From Betaproteobacteria bacterium (lineage in GTDB: Bacteria; Pseudomonadota; Gammaproteobacteria; Burkholderiales; JAEUOS01): 64,000 nt of DNA. This document shows positions 37,094 through 46,580 of the stretch, piece by piece. The notes beneath the pieces were generated by a model. It saw nothing but the letters and a program-made list of their open reading frames with translations, was not told the DNA's origin and searched no databases. The stretch is from positions 148,676 to 212,675 of the forward strand of contig JAQGMJ010000083.1 in assembly GCA_028292405.1 (NCBI GenBank), written 5' to 3'. Every line of letters starts with the position of its first letter. Within the stretch, counting starts at the first letter, position 1. The position numbers and the translations under genes are program-made.

Positions 37094-38166
37094 AGCGCCG
37101 GATCGCCCTCCTGCTTGTCGCCGCACTGGCCACCACCGGTCTGCTGGCCGGCTGCAGCACCACCTCTTACTATTGGCAGGCCTTTACCGGGCAGATGGAA
37201 GTGCGGCGCCTGTCGCGGCCGGTGGACGAGGTTATTGCCGCCGCCGACACCAGTGCCGAACTGAAGGCGCGCCTGGAGTATGCCCGCCAGGCGCGCGACT
37301 TCGCCAGCAAGCAGCTCGGCCTGCCGGACAATGGCAGCTACCGCGTCTATGCCGACCTCAAGCGCAACTACGTGGTGTGGAATGTGTTCGCCGCACCGGC
37401 GCTGTCGCTGGAATTGAAGACCCAATGCTTTCCGGTGGCCGGCTGCGTCACCTATCGCGGTTATTTTTCGGAAGACGATGCGCGCGTCTATGCCGACAAG
37501 CTGCGCGCCGAGGGGCTGGATGTCTACTCCGGCGGGGTGCCGGCCTATTCGACGCTGGGCTACTTCAACGACCCGCTCCTCAACACCTTCATCCGCTATC
37601 CCGAGCTGGAAATCGCGCGCCTGATTTTCCACGAACTAGGGCACCAGGTGGCCTACGCCAAGGGCGACTCCACCTTCAACGAATCCTTCGCCACCGCGGT
37701 CGAGGAGGAGGGGCTGAAGCGCTGGATGGTGGCGCATGCCACGGCCGAGCAAAAGACGCGCTACGACCAGTTCACCCACCGCCGTGAAGATTTCATGGCG
37801 ATGATGCGCCGTACCCGCGACAAGCTGGAAGCCATCTACAAGCAGCCGGGCAGCGAAGCCGACAAGCGCGCCGCCAAGGAGGCTGTATTCGCCGACCTGC
37901 GCCGCGAGTACGAGCAGATGAAACTCGGCTGGGGCGGCTTCAAGGGTTACGACGCGTGGATCGCCAAGGATCTGAACAATGCCAAGCTGGGCTCGATCTC
38001 CACCTACTCCAAGCTGGTGCCCGCCTTCAACACCCTGCTGGCGCGCGAGCATGACGACCTGCCGCGCTTCTACGCGAAGGTGAAGCAACTTGCCGCCATG
38101 CCCAAGGACGAGCGCGACCGCGAGCTGGTGGCACTCGGTGCGCCGGCCAACACCGCCGGAAACTGA
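37090..38166 (+). CDS. Putative zinc aminopeptidase lipoprotein (HExxH)
   Basis: ATG at 37090 overlaps the upstream stop (ATGA). It has the lipobox LLAGC, the zinc motif FHELGHQ, and the downstream NESFATAVE typical of the bacterial putative-aminopeptidase family. Confidence 0.8.
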   Translation: MKRRIALLLVAALATTGLLAGCSTTSYYWQAFTGQMEVRRLSRPVDEVIAAADTSAELKARLEYARQARDFASKQLGLPDNGSYRVYADLKRNYVVWNVFAAPALSLELKTQCFPVAGCVTYRGYFSEDDARVYADKLRAEGLDVYSGGVPAYSTLGYFNDPLLNTFIRYPELEIARLIFHELGHQVAYAKGDSTFNESFATAVEEEGLKRWMVAHATAEQKTRYDQFTHRREDFMAMMRRTRDKLEAIYKQPGSEADKRAAKEAVFADLRREYEQMKLGWGGFKGYDAWIAKDLNNAKLGSISTYSKLVPAFNTLLAREHDDLPRFYAKVKQLAAMPKDERDRELVALGAPANTAGN

Positions 38167-38175
38167 GGTGCGCGC

Positions 38176-38574
38176 ATGGGCTTCGGAATGGACAAGCTGA
38201 TCGAGGAGCGCATCCGCAAGGCGCAGGCCGAAGGCGCTTTCGACGACCTTCCCGGGCAGGGTCAGCCGCTCAATCTCGATGACGACCTGCTGATTCCGGA
38301 AGAACTTCGCATGGTCTGCCGGGTGCTGAAGAATGCCGGTTACGTGCCGCCGGAAGTCGAGGAGTTGCGCGAGTTGCATCAACTCGAAGCGGTGATCGCC
38401 AGCGACGCCCTGGAAGAAGGCGATCGCCTGGCCGCGCGTCGGCGCATGGAGTTCCTGCTGATCAAGCTGGAACAGTCCGGCATGGCGCGGGTGGCGCAGG
38501 CGGCCTGGGACCAGTACGCCGAAAAGGTTGCCGCGCGCCTTGCCGCCGAGCAGCCGCAAGGCGAGGCGCCGTGA
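38176..38574 (+). CDS. DUF1992 (DnaJC28-like) protein
   Basis: ATG at 38176 with GAGGTG upstream. The N-terminal IEERIRKAQAEGAFDDLPGQGQPL is characteristic of the family. Confidence 0.8.
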   Translation: MGFGMDKLIEERIRKAQAEGAFDDLPGQGQPLNLDDDLLIPEELRMVCRVLKNAGYVPPEVEELRELHQLEAVIASDALEEGDRLAARRRMEFLLIKLEQSGMARVAQAAWDQYAEKVAARLAAEQPQGEAP

Positions 38575-39059
38575 GTGCGACTCTTCTACTATTCGCCGAA
38601 GCATCCGCGTCAGGTGTGTCTGAAGGTTTAGTGCTGGCGGAGGAATGGCGGCGCGAGACCGGGAACGAGGCGCGATGGTGCTGGCCCTCGCATCTAGGCC
38701 TGCCGCCCGCATTGGGCACGGCCCCCGTGCGCAAGATACCGGCTTGCGACACTCCGGGCGCCGCGCTCTGGTTATCGCTATGCGATTCGTTGGCGCGCGG
38801 CGAAACGCCGCTGCTGGTACGACTCGGGCACTCGATTTTAGGTTTGCCGCAGTTGCGGCAGGTGGAGCAACTGTTCACGAAGAGCGACGCCGTGTTCGGC
38901 ATCACCGCCCTGGGGGACTATGCGCTGGTAGGCTTGGCGCGCGCGGTGCCCGAGTTTTTCGCCGGTATTCCGTGGGGTACGAACCAAGTGATGTCTGTCA
39001 CGCGCGCGCAGGCGAGGCGCTATGGCTGCAAGATCGGTGAACTGGCGCTCGACAGCTAA
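38571..39059 (+). CDS. Divergent DUF2064-like protein
   Basis: GTG at 38571 overlaps the upstream stop (GTGA). The C-terminal [37 protein letters not shown] matches the DUF2064 pattern, but the N-terminal nucleotide-binding-like motif is degenerate. Confidence 0.55.
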   Translation: MSATLLLFAEASASGVSEGLVLAEEWRRETGNEARWCWPSHLGLPPALGTAPVRKIPACDTPGAALWLSLCDSLARGETPLLVRLGHSILGLPQLRQVEQLFTKSDAVFGITALGDYALVGLARAVPEFFAGIPWGTNQVMSVTRAQARRYGCKIGELALDS

Positions 39060-40405
39060 GCGCTTGCCCGCGCCAGCGTAAGGCGCGCGCACAGGCCGCC
39101 ACCCTCGCGCGGCAGGAGCTGAAAGCGGCCGCCGTGCTGGTGCGCGATGCGATCGACGATCGCCAGCCCCAGGCCCGAGCCGCCCTGGGCGCCGCCCTCG
39201 CTGCCGTCGGCGGTGCCGCGCGCGACGTCGAGCCGGGTGAAGGGCTGCTTCAGGCGCTCGGAATGCTCGGCCGGCACGCCCGGGCCGCGGTCCAGCACTT
39301 CGACAAAAGCGAAGCGCCGCTCGGTGCCGATGCGCAGGGTGATGTCGGCCTCGCCTTGTTCGTTCGTGCTGTAGCGCAACGCGTTGTCGACCAGGTTGTG
39401 CAAAGCGCGCTTGAGCGCCGGCCGGCGGCCCTGAATCATCAGTGGCGTGCTTTCGATCTCAAGCGCAATCGGGTGGCCGTGGCTTTCGTAGTGGCCCCGT
39501 AGCTCCTGCGCCAGTTCGGCCAGGTCCACCGGTTCGGCTGGCGTGGCTTCGTCCTGGCCGCTGCGAGCGAAATCAAGGAACTGCCCGATGATGCCGTCGA
39601 TCTGCTCGATGTCGGCAACCATGCCGTCGCGAAAGGTGGTGTCGGAAGACATTTCCGTGCCCAGACGCAGGCGCGCCAGCGGGGTGCGCAGGTCGTGCGA
39701 AATGCCGGCGAGGATCAGGGTGCGGTTGTCGTCGGCGGTCTTCAGGTCGGAGGCCATCTGGTTGAAGGCGGTCGCCAGGGTCTGGATTTCTGCCGGGCCG
39801 CCGTCGCTCATTGCCGGCGGGGTCTCGCCGCGGCCGACGGCGCGCGCTGCTTCGGTCAGGCGCTTTAGCGGCCGGTTCACTGTCCAGACGATGAAGTAGG
39901 CGCCGATCAGCGCCAGCAGCAGGGCGGCCGCGCCCCAACCCAGCCACTGCTGCGGTGGGTTTGGGTCGACGCGGTCGCGCCGCAGGCGAACCCAATACTC
40001 GTCTTCCTCGATGACGAAGCTGACCCAGACGCCGGGCAGGCCGTTGCGCGCGGAGGCGAAGCGGGTTTCCGCACCGAGCTTGTCGTGCAGCAGTTCCTCG
40101 ATACGCTGGAACACCGGGCGCTGGCCCAGCGGCTCGAGTTTTTCGTTCGGCTCGACCGGGTAGATTTCGATCTGTTCCGACTGCGACAGTTCGCCCAGCA
40201 GGTAGGCGCGGTTTTCCGGCCGCGAGCTGATCAGCGCGGCGCGCGTCAGGTTGACGATGGCGGCGATCTGCGTGGCTATCTGCACGCTGCGCGGCTCGCG
40301 CTCGTAGAGCCGGAAAATCTGCACCCATGACACCACCGACAGCCCGAGCAGCAGGGCCATCAGCAAAAAGGTGCGCCAGAGCAGGCTCTGCGGGAGCAGG
40401 CGCAT
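39056..40405 (-). CDS. envZ: Osmolarity-type sensor histidine kinase EnvZ
   Basis: It has two TM segments, a HAMP domain, the HisKA H-box [17 protein letters not shown], and ATPase N/G boxes ([23 protein letters not shown]). It lies directly downstream of ompR. Confidence 0.88.
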   Translation of the reverse strand: MRLLPQSLLWRTFLLMALLLGLSVVSWVQIFRLYEREPRSVQIATQIAAIVNLTRAALISSRPENRAYLLGELSQSEQIEIYPVEPNEKLEPLGQRPVFQRIEELLHDKLGAETRFASARNGLPGVWVSFVIEEDEYWVRLRRDRVDPNPPQQWLGWGAAALLLALIGAYFIVWTVNRPLKRLTEAARAVGRGETPPAMSDGGPAEIQTLATAFNQMASDLKTADDNRTLILAGISHDLRTPLARLRLGTEMSSDTTFRDGMVADIEQIDGIIGQFLDFARSGQDEATPAEPVDLAELAQELRGHYESHGHPIALEIESTPLMIQGRRPALKRALHNLVDNALRYSTNEQGEADITLRIGTERRFAFVEVLDRGPGVPAEHSERLKQPFTRLDVARGTADGSEGGAQGGSGLGLAIVDRIAHQHGGRFQLLPREGGGLCARLTLARASA

Positions 40406-40451
40406 GCGGGTTCAGGTCAGGGTAGGGCGGGAGGCGCGCGTAAGCGCCGGG

Positions 40452-41165
40452 TCAGTCCGGAACGAACACATAGCCGAAGCCCCACACCGTCTGGATATAG
40501 CGCGGGTTGGCGGGGTCGGTTTCGATCAGCTTGCGCAGGCGCGAGATCTGCACGTCGATGGCGCGGTCGAACACGTCGTACTCGCGGCCGCGCGCCAGTT
40601 CCATTAGCTTGTCGCGCGACAGCGGCTTGCGCGGGTTGCGCGCCAGCACTTTGAGCACCGAGAATTCGCCCGAGGTGAGGGTGACGGCTTCGCCGTCCCT
40701 GGTCATGCTGCGGGTGGCGAGGTTGAGCACGTAGGGACCGAAGCTGACCGATTCCGTTTCCTGCGCGGGGCCTGCCGGCGGTCCCGTTTCGGCGACACGG
40801 CGCAGCACCGCGTTGATGCGCGCCACCAGTTCGCGCGGGTTGAAGGGCTTGGCGAGATAGTCGTCGGCGCCCATCTCCAGGCCGACAATGCGGTCCACTT
40901 CCTCGCCTTTGGCGGTGAGCATGATGATGGGGGTGTTGTTGCCGGCGGCACGCAGGCGGCGGCAGATCGCCAGGCCGTCTTCCTGCGGCATCATGAGATC
41001 AAGGACGATGAGGTCGAACAGTTCACGGTTGAGCAGCTTGTCCATGAACTGGCCGCCGGGCGCCGCCTGCACGGCGAAGTCCTGCTCGGTGAGGTAGCGC
41101 AGCAGCAAGTCGCGCAAGCCCTTGTCGTCGTCGACGATAAGGATTTTTCGTTTTTGGGCCGTCAT
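40452..41165 (-). CDS. ompR: Response regulator OmpR
   Basis: ATG at 41165 (MTAQKRKILIVDDD). The receiver domain has LIVLDLMMP and LTAKG. The winged-helix C-terminus reads YIQTVWGFGYVFVPD. Confidence 0.92.
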   Translation of the reverse strand: MTAQKRKILIVDDDKGLRDLLLRYLTEQDFAVQAAPGGQFMDKLLNRELFDLIVLDLMMPQEDGLAICRRLRAAGNNTPIIMLTAKGEEVDRIVGLEMGADDYLAKPFNPRELVARINAVLRRVAETGPPAGPAQETESVSFGPYVLNLATRSMTRDGEAVTLTSGEFSVLKVLARNPRKPLSRDKLMELARGREYDVFDRAIDVQISRLRKLIETDPANPRYIQTVWGFGYVFVPD

Positions 41166-41527
41166 AGAATGGTGCGCAGGCGTCGGCACGTAGAGTCGAT
41201 TTGCCACATCTTAGCGCCATCGGCCCGAATACGCGCGGATGCGCTTGTTAAAGGCGTGTCTCGAATTGCAACAAGGTGTAACGCCAGTATTCACTCCTGT
41301 TGACGGGGCATGCAAGCAATCCATCGCGGCTTTTTCGCCGGTCGCCGTGCGGGAAAACCCGTGTGCGGCGCGCTATTGCAATTCGCGTTAAAGCTGCTAA
41401 TGTAGCGAATTATTATCCAGTTCGTTAATTGGCTCGCATCAAAATGCATCAATAGACCGCTTTCACCCAGCGCCGCTTTTAAAAATAATGCGGACGCATC
41501 TAAAACCATCCTGAAAAAGGAGGAGAC

Positions 41528-42904
41528 ATGCAGTTGAATAAAATCGCCGTAGCCTTGGTGACGGGTGCGGCCATGCTGTTTGGTGCTGCCACCGCGCAGG
41601 CCCAGCAAAAGCTTACCGTCTGGTGGGTCAAGGGCTTCTATAAATCCGAAGACGACGCGCTTTACGACGCGATCAAGAAGTACGAAGCCAAGACCGGCGT
41701 CAAGGTCGAGCTTTCGCAATACCCGATCCAGGACATGATCCCCAAGACCGTGTCCGCGCTGGACTCGGGCAGCCCGCCGGACGTGGCTTATGCCGACGTC
41801 TACGACTTCCAGGTCGCCGGCAAGTGGGCTTTCGACGGCAAGCTCGAAGACATCAGCGACGTGCTCACGCCGATGAAGGACCGTTTCGCCAAGAACACCC
41901 TGGAGACGGCCCACCTGTACAACGACAAGACCAAGAAGCGCGCCTATTACGCCTTCCCGATGAAGCAGCAGACCATGCACATCGAGGTCTGGTCCGACAT
42001 GCTGGCGAAAGCGGGTTACAAAATCAGCGACCTGCCCACCAAGTGGGCCGACTACTGGAACTTCTGGTGCGAGAAGGTGCAGCCGGCCTACCGCAAGGCC
42101 AGCGGCGACCGCGTGTTCGCCATCGGCATGCCGATGGGCGTGGACTCTTCCGACGCCTTTTACTCCTTCCTCACCTTCATGGACGCCTACAACGTCAAGC
42201 TGGTGGACGACAACGGCAAGCTGCTGGTCGACGACCCCAAGGTGAAGGCCGGCCTGATCAACGCGCTGCGCGACTACACCATGCCTTACATGAAAGGCTG
42301 CTCGCCGCCTTCTTCGACCAGCTGGAAGGACCCGGACAACAACGTCGCCTTCCACAACAAGACCACCATCATGACCCACAACGCGACGATCTCGATCGCC
42401 GCCAAGTGGCTCGACGACGCCAACAACGCCACCCTCACGACAGAGCAGCGCGCCGCGGCGAAGAAGGCCTACGACGAGACGATCTACACCCTGGGCTTCC
42501 CCAACAAGCCGGACGGCTCGAAGATGGTCTACCGCACGGCCGTCAAGCTGGGCGTGGTGTTCGAACAGTCGAAGAACAAGGCGCTGGCGAAAGACTTCGT
42601 CAAGTTCATGATGATCGAGCAGAACCTCGGGCCCTACGTTGAAGGTTCCTTGGGCCGCTGGTTCCCGGTGACTAAGGAGGGGCAGGCGAGCGCTTTCTGG
42701 CAGGCCGACAAGCATCGCAAGTCGGTGTTCAACCAGTATGCCGCCGGCACTGTCACTTTCGAGTTCACGAAGAACTATAAATTTACGATTCTCAACAACG
42801 AGAACGTCTGGGCCAAGGCGATGAACCGCGTGGTCAACGACAAGATTCCCGTCGACAAGGCGGTTGATGAAATGATCGCCCGCATCAAGGCAGTGGCGGG
42901 CTAA
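41528..42904 (+). CDS. ABC transporter substrate-binding protein (carbohydrate-type, Sec signal)
   Basis: ATG at 41528 with AAGGAGGAG upstream. Signal peptide MQLNKIAVALVTGAAMLFGAATAQA. The size and composition fit family-1 solute-binding proteins. Confidence 0.85.
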   Translation: MQLNKIAVALVTGAAMLFGAATAQAQQKLTVWWVKGFYKSEDDALYDAIKKYEAKTGVKVELSQYPIQDMIPKTVSALDSGSPPDVAYADVYDFQVAGKWAFDGKLEDISDVLTPMKDRFAKNTLETAHLYNDKTKKRAYYAFPMKQQTMHIEVWSDMLAKAGYKISDLPTKWADYWNFWCEKVQPAYRKASGDRVFAIGMPMGVDSSDAFYSFLTFMDAYNVKLVDDNGKLLVDDPKVKAGLINALRDYTMPYMKGCSPPSSTSWKDPDNNVAFHNKTTIMTHNATISIAAKWLDDANNATLTTEQRAAAKKAYDETIYTLGFPNKPDGSKMVYRTAVKLGVVFEQSKNKALAKDFVKFMMIEQNLGPYVEGSLGRWFPVTKEGQASAFWQADKHRKSVFNQYAAGTVTFEFTKNYKFTILNNENVWAKAMNRVVNDKIPVDKAVDEMIARIKAVAG

Positions 42905-42970
42905 GCAAGAGTGCGGGCCGCCCCTGACCGGAGCGGCTCGCGTATTTTCCAGAAGACGAGGTGATCCCAG

Positions 42971-43852
42971 ATGTCTTCCGTCGCACTGCCTGAAGCCGCC
43001 GGCGCGCAACTGGCCGCGCCTGCGAAAAAAAAGGGCCTGTCCCCCTGGGAAACCTGGGGCCTGGTGCTGATCGCGCCCTACGTGCTGGTGTTCCTGATTT
43101 TCGTGCTCTACCCGGTGTGCTACGGCCTCTGGCTGGCGCGCCATCCCGAGAGCTACGTCAAGCTGTACAACGACCCGGTGTTTTTCCGCTCGGTCGTCAA
43201 CACGCTCGTCTTCCTGGTGATCGGCATCAACATCAAGATGGTGATCGCCTTGTTCCTGTCGGGCTTTTTCGTTACTGCGCGCACCTGGATCAAGTGGCTG
43301 TCGCTGCTGTTCATTTTGCCGTGGGCGATGCCGTCGATTCCGACCATCCTTTCGCTGCGCTTCATGCTCAACCCCGAGTGGGGGTTGATCAACTCCCTGA
43401 TCTTCCGCTTCACCGGCGCGGACGGGCCGAACTGGCTCAACGACCCGTATCTCGCCCTGACCCTGGCGATACTCACGCACATCTGGAAGTCGCTGCCGTT
43501 CTGGACTTTGATCCTGGTGGCCGGGCGCCTGGCGATTCCCGGCGAGCTTTACGAGGCTGCGTCGGTGGACGGCGCCACCACCTGGCAGAAATTCCGCTTC
43601 ATTACCTGGCCGTCGATGAAGACGCTGTATCTCACCTCCACCATCCTGTCGATGATCTGGACCCTGGGCGACTTCAACAGCGTCTACCTGCTTACCGGCG
43701 GCGCGCCGGCCGACCAGACGCACGTGCTGGCCACGCTCGGCATCCGCTACCTGCGTCTGGATGAGGTGGACATGTCGATGGCTTCCATCGTCGTCGCCCT
43801 GCCGCTGATGTTGCCGCTGGTCTACTTCATGATGAAGCGTTTGTCCAAGTGA
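42971..43852 (+). CDS. ABC transporter permease (MalF/UgpA-like)
   Basis: Six hydrophobic segments and an EAA-loop region ELYEAASVDGATTWQKFRFITWP. Confidence 0.88.
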   Translation: MSSVALPEAAGAQLAAPAKKKGLSPWETWGLVLIAPYVLVFLIFVLYPVCYGLWLARHPESYVKLYNDPVFFRSVVNTLVFLVIGINIKMVIALFLSGFFVTARTWIKWLSLLFILPWAMPSIPTILSLRFMLNPEWGLINSLIFRFTGADGPNWLNDPYLALTLAILTHIWKSLPFWTLILVAGRLAIPGELYEAASVDGATTWQKFRFITWPSMKTLYLTSTILSMIWTLGDFNSVYLLTGGAPADQTHVLATLGIRYLRLDEVDMSMASIVVALPLMLPLVYFMMKRLSK

Positions 43853-43868
43853 GCCAAGCGAGAAAGCC

Positions 43869-44762
43869 ATGAGCGCCATCCCTTCCCAGATAGTCGCCGT
43901 GAAACTGCCCGCCAGGCCCTTCAGCTGGCGCCGCGTGGCCACCGAAGCCAAGCTGCTGCTGATCGGCATTCCCGTGCTGATCTGGACCATGATCCCGATC
44001 TATCACCTCGTGCTGTTCGCCATTTCGCCCAAGGAATCGGCGCTCTCCGGCAAGATGTGGCCGGACCATCCGACCCTGCACAACTTCAGCGTGGTGTTTC
44101 ACCAGCAGCACCACTATCTGTTCCACTTCTGGCAGCAGATGTGGAACTCGCTGCTGATCGCGGTGGCCGCCGGCGCACTCACCCTGCTGATCGCCACCGG
44201 CGCGGCGTTTTCCATCAGCCGCCTCAAGGTCAGGGGCGGGCGCGCCATCATGAACCTGGCACTGTTCACCTACTTCATCCCCGCCGCTTTTCTCGCGGTG
44301 CCGATGTACAAGACCATGGGCAACTATGGCCTGCTGAACAACCAGTGGGCGCTGATCCTCGCGATGGTCACCATCGCCTCGCCCTACGCCATTTGGGTGC
44401 TCAAGCAGGCCTCCGACAAGCTGCCCTATGAACTGGACGAGGCGGCCATCATGGACGGCGCCACGCCCCTGCAGCTATTCCGCCTGGTCTATGTGCCGCT
44501 GATGATGCCTTCGCTGGTGGCCGTCGGCACCTACGCATTGTTGCTGACCTGGAACGAATACCTCTACGCCTTCCTGCTGCTCTCGCGCGACGACAGCATC
44601 ACCCTGGGCGTCGCGCTGGGCAACTTTCTTTCGGCCGACGACTCGCCGTGGGAACTGCTGATGACCACCGGCCTGTTGTACGCGCTGCCGCCGGCGGCGA
44701 TCTACTACTGTTTCAAGCGCTACATGGTGTCCGGATTGACCGAGGGCGCCGTCAAGAGCTGA
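43869..44762 (+). CDS. ABC transporter permease (MalG/UgpE-like)
   Basis: EAA-loop ELDEAAIMDGATPLQLFRLVYVPLMMP and a polytopic membrane profile. Confidence 0.88.
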   Translation: MSAIPSQIVAVKLPARPFSWRRVATEAKLLLIGIPVLIWTMIPIYHLVLFAISPKESALSGKMWPDHPTLHNFSVVFHQQHHYLFHFWQQMWNSLLIAVAAGALTLLIATGAAFSISRLKVRGGRAIMNLALFTYFIPAAFLAVPMYKTMGNYGLLNNQWALILAMVTIASPYAIWVLKQASDKLPYELDEAAIMDGATPLQLFRLVYVPLMMPSLVAVGTYALLLTWNEYLYAFLLLSRDDSITLGVALGNFLSADDSPWELLMTTGLLYALPPAAIYYCFKRYMVSGLTEGAVKS

Positions 44763-44815
44763 TCGCTACGCAGGTGCTGCGCACCTGCGTCTTCGCCACC
44801 TGAACCCGAACTCCC

Positions 44816-45463
44816 ATGGCTGACCTCACACAGCGACTCCTCGCCTGCTACACCGGTGCGATCCACGACGTACTGCGCGCCTTGGGTCACGACAATTGCG
44901 TGCTGCCCACCAACATCCGCCCGCTCGACCCCGCGATCAAGACCGCCGGCCCGGTGTGGACCGTCTCCGGCCATATCGACCGCACGCAGTCGCGCCACGA
45001 CACCTTGCTCGGCTGGACCACGCTGCTGTCGAAGGCGCCGACCGGCCACGTGGTGGTCTGCCAGCCGAACAACCACGAAGTTGCGCTGATGGGTGAACTG
45101 TCGAGCGAGACTTTGAAGAATAAAGGCGTGCTGGGCTATGTGGTCGATGGCGGCTGCCGCGATACCGATTTCATCCTCGAACAAAAATTTCCGGTGTTCC
45201 ATACCTTTTTCACGCCCTCCGACATCGTCGCCCGCTGGATCCCCGACCGCTATGCCGAGCCGGTGACCATCGGCACCGTGACCATCCGCACTGGCGACTA
45301 TATTCTCGGCGACCGCGACGGCGTGGTGGTGATCCCAAAAGAGATTGCCGAAGAAGCCATCGGCAAAACCGAGGAAGTGGCGCTGACCGAAAACAAGGTG
45401 CGCGACGCCATCCGCGGCGGCATGGACCCGGTCGATGCCTACCTGAAATATGGGAAGTTTTGA
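44816..45463 (+). CDS. RraA-family protein (class II aldolase / oxaloacetate decarboxylase-like)
   Basis: RraA-fold motifs are present: ALMGELSSETLKNKGVLGYVVDGGCRD, GDYILGDRDGVVVIP. Confidence 0.85.
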   Translation: MADLTQRLLACYTGAIHDVLRALGHDNCVLPTNIRPLDPAIKTAGPVWTVSGHIDRTQSRHDTLLGWTTLLSKAPTGHVVVCQPNNHEVALMGELSSETLKNKGVLGYVVDGGCRDTDFILEQKFPVFHTFFTPSDIVARWIPDRYAEPVTIGTVTIRTGDYILGDRDGVVVIPKEIAEEAIGKTEEVALTENKVRDAIRGGMDPVDAYLKYGKF

Positions 45464-45749
45464 CTCGCGGGTGATCTTGCTGGCGCCGGAAGACAATTGC
45501 GTCGCCGTCGCTGCCACGCTTGCCGCCGGTACCCGGCTGCTGATCGACGGCGCCATGGTCTTGATCGAGCGCGACATCGGCATTGGCCACAAGCTGGCGC
45601 GCCGTGACATTGCTCCTGGCGAAAAGATACTCAAGTACGGTGCGATAATCGGCAGTGCGACCCGGCCAATTGCGCGGGGTGCGCACATCCACTTGCACAA
45701 TCTTGCCAGCGACTATCTTCCCACCTACACCTTGCCGCCCGCGGGCTGA
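45450..45749 (+). CDS. UxaA-family dehydratase, small N-terminal (SAF) subunit
   Basis: SAF-domain pattern LAPEDNCVAVAA..IGIGHKLARRDIAPGEKILKYGAIIGSATRPIARGAHIHLHNL. ATG at 45450 overlaps the RraA-like gene; an alternative GTG lies at 45471. Confidence 0.8.
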   Translation: MGSFDSRVILLAPEDNCVAVAATLAAGTRLLIDGAMVLIERDIGIGHKLARRDIAPGEKILKYGAIIGSATRPIARGAHIHLHNLASDYLPTYTLPPAG

Positions 45750-45776
45750 CCGCGTGCGCCGGACGCGAGCCACATC

Positions 45777-46580
45777 ATGCTCTGGCTGAGGCTGGCGGCG
45801 GTGCCCCTGGTGGTGTGGATCGCCAGCTGGGCCGGGCGGCGCTGGGGCCACAAGGCTTCCGGCTGGATCAGCGGCCTGCCGATGATCGCCGCCCCGGTGA
45901 TGCTGTTTCTCGCGCTGGACCAGCCGCGTGATTTCGTGCTGCCCACTGCCTGGATCGCGATGACGGTGGCGCCCGCTGTCGGCCTGCACTGCCTGGTGTT
46001 CGCGCGGCTTGCAACTCTGGTCACCCGCATGCGCGTGCGTCCCGCGCTGGCCTGGGTAGTATGCTTGCTGGCGGGCTGGGTGACGTGCGTGCTGGCGGAA
46101 CTCGCCCTGGCAGAGGTGGTGGTACCCAACTTCATCGGCGCCGCCGTTGCCGTGGTCGAACTGCTGTTGCTCAACGCGCTGATGCCTGTGCCCGGCGCGG
46201 TGGGCGCGGCACCGCGCATTCCGGCTAGCGAAATCTTCGTGCGCATGGGCGCGGCCCTGGCGCTGGCCGCCGTCATCACCGTCGGCGCCAATGCCTTCGG
46301 CCCGCGCGTCAGCGGCATCCTGCTGGGCTTTCCGATCACCGCTTCGGTGCTGCCGGTATTCACCCTGGTGCTGTACGGCGCCGACTCCGCCGTCCGCCTG
46401 CTCTCCGGCTTTCTCACCGGGCTGATCGGCTTCGTACTCTACTTTTTTGCCTTCGCCAGCGTGATCGCGGCGGGCGGCCCGCCGCTGGCCGCCTTCAGCA
46501 CCGGTGTCGCGGCCAGCCTGGCTTCGGCCGGGGCGATGGCCTTGTGGCATCGTTTCCGTTTCGCGCGGGAGCCGGCATGA
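45777..46580 (+). CDS. Polytopic integral membrane protein of unknown family (267 aa)
   Basis: ATG at 45777. It has about 7-8 hydrophobic helices and GC3-rich codons, and its stop overlaps the start of the UxaA large subunit (ATGA at 46577-46580). Confidence 0.7.
   Translation: MLWLRLAAVPLVVWIASWAGRRWGHKASGWISGLPMIAAPVMLFLALDQPRDFVLPTAWIAMTVAPAVGLHCLVFARLATLVTRMRVRPALAWVVCLLAGWVTCVLAELALAEVVVPNFIGAAVAVVELLLLNALMPVPGAVGAAPRIPASEIFVRMGAALALAAVITVGANAFGPRVSGILLGFPITASVLPVFTLVLYGADSAVRLLSGFLTGLIGFVLYFFAFASVIAAGGPPLAAFSTGVAASLASAGAMALWHRFRFAREPA

Noticed and set aside
41291-43990. 899-aa minus-strand ORF
   Set aside because: It is antisense to the SBP and permease genes of the first ABC system, which have RBS, signal peptide and EAA-loop motifs.
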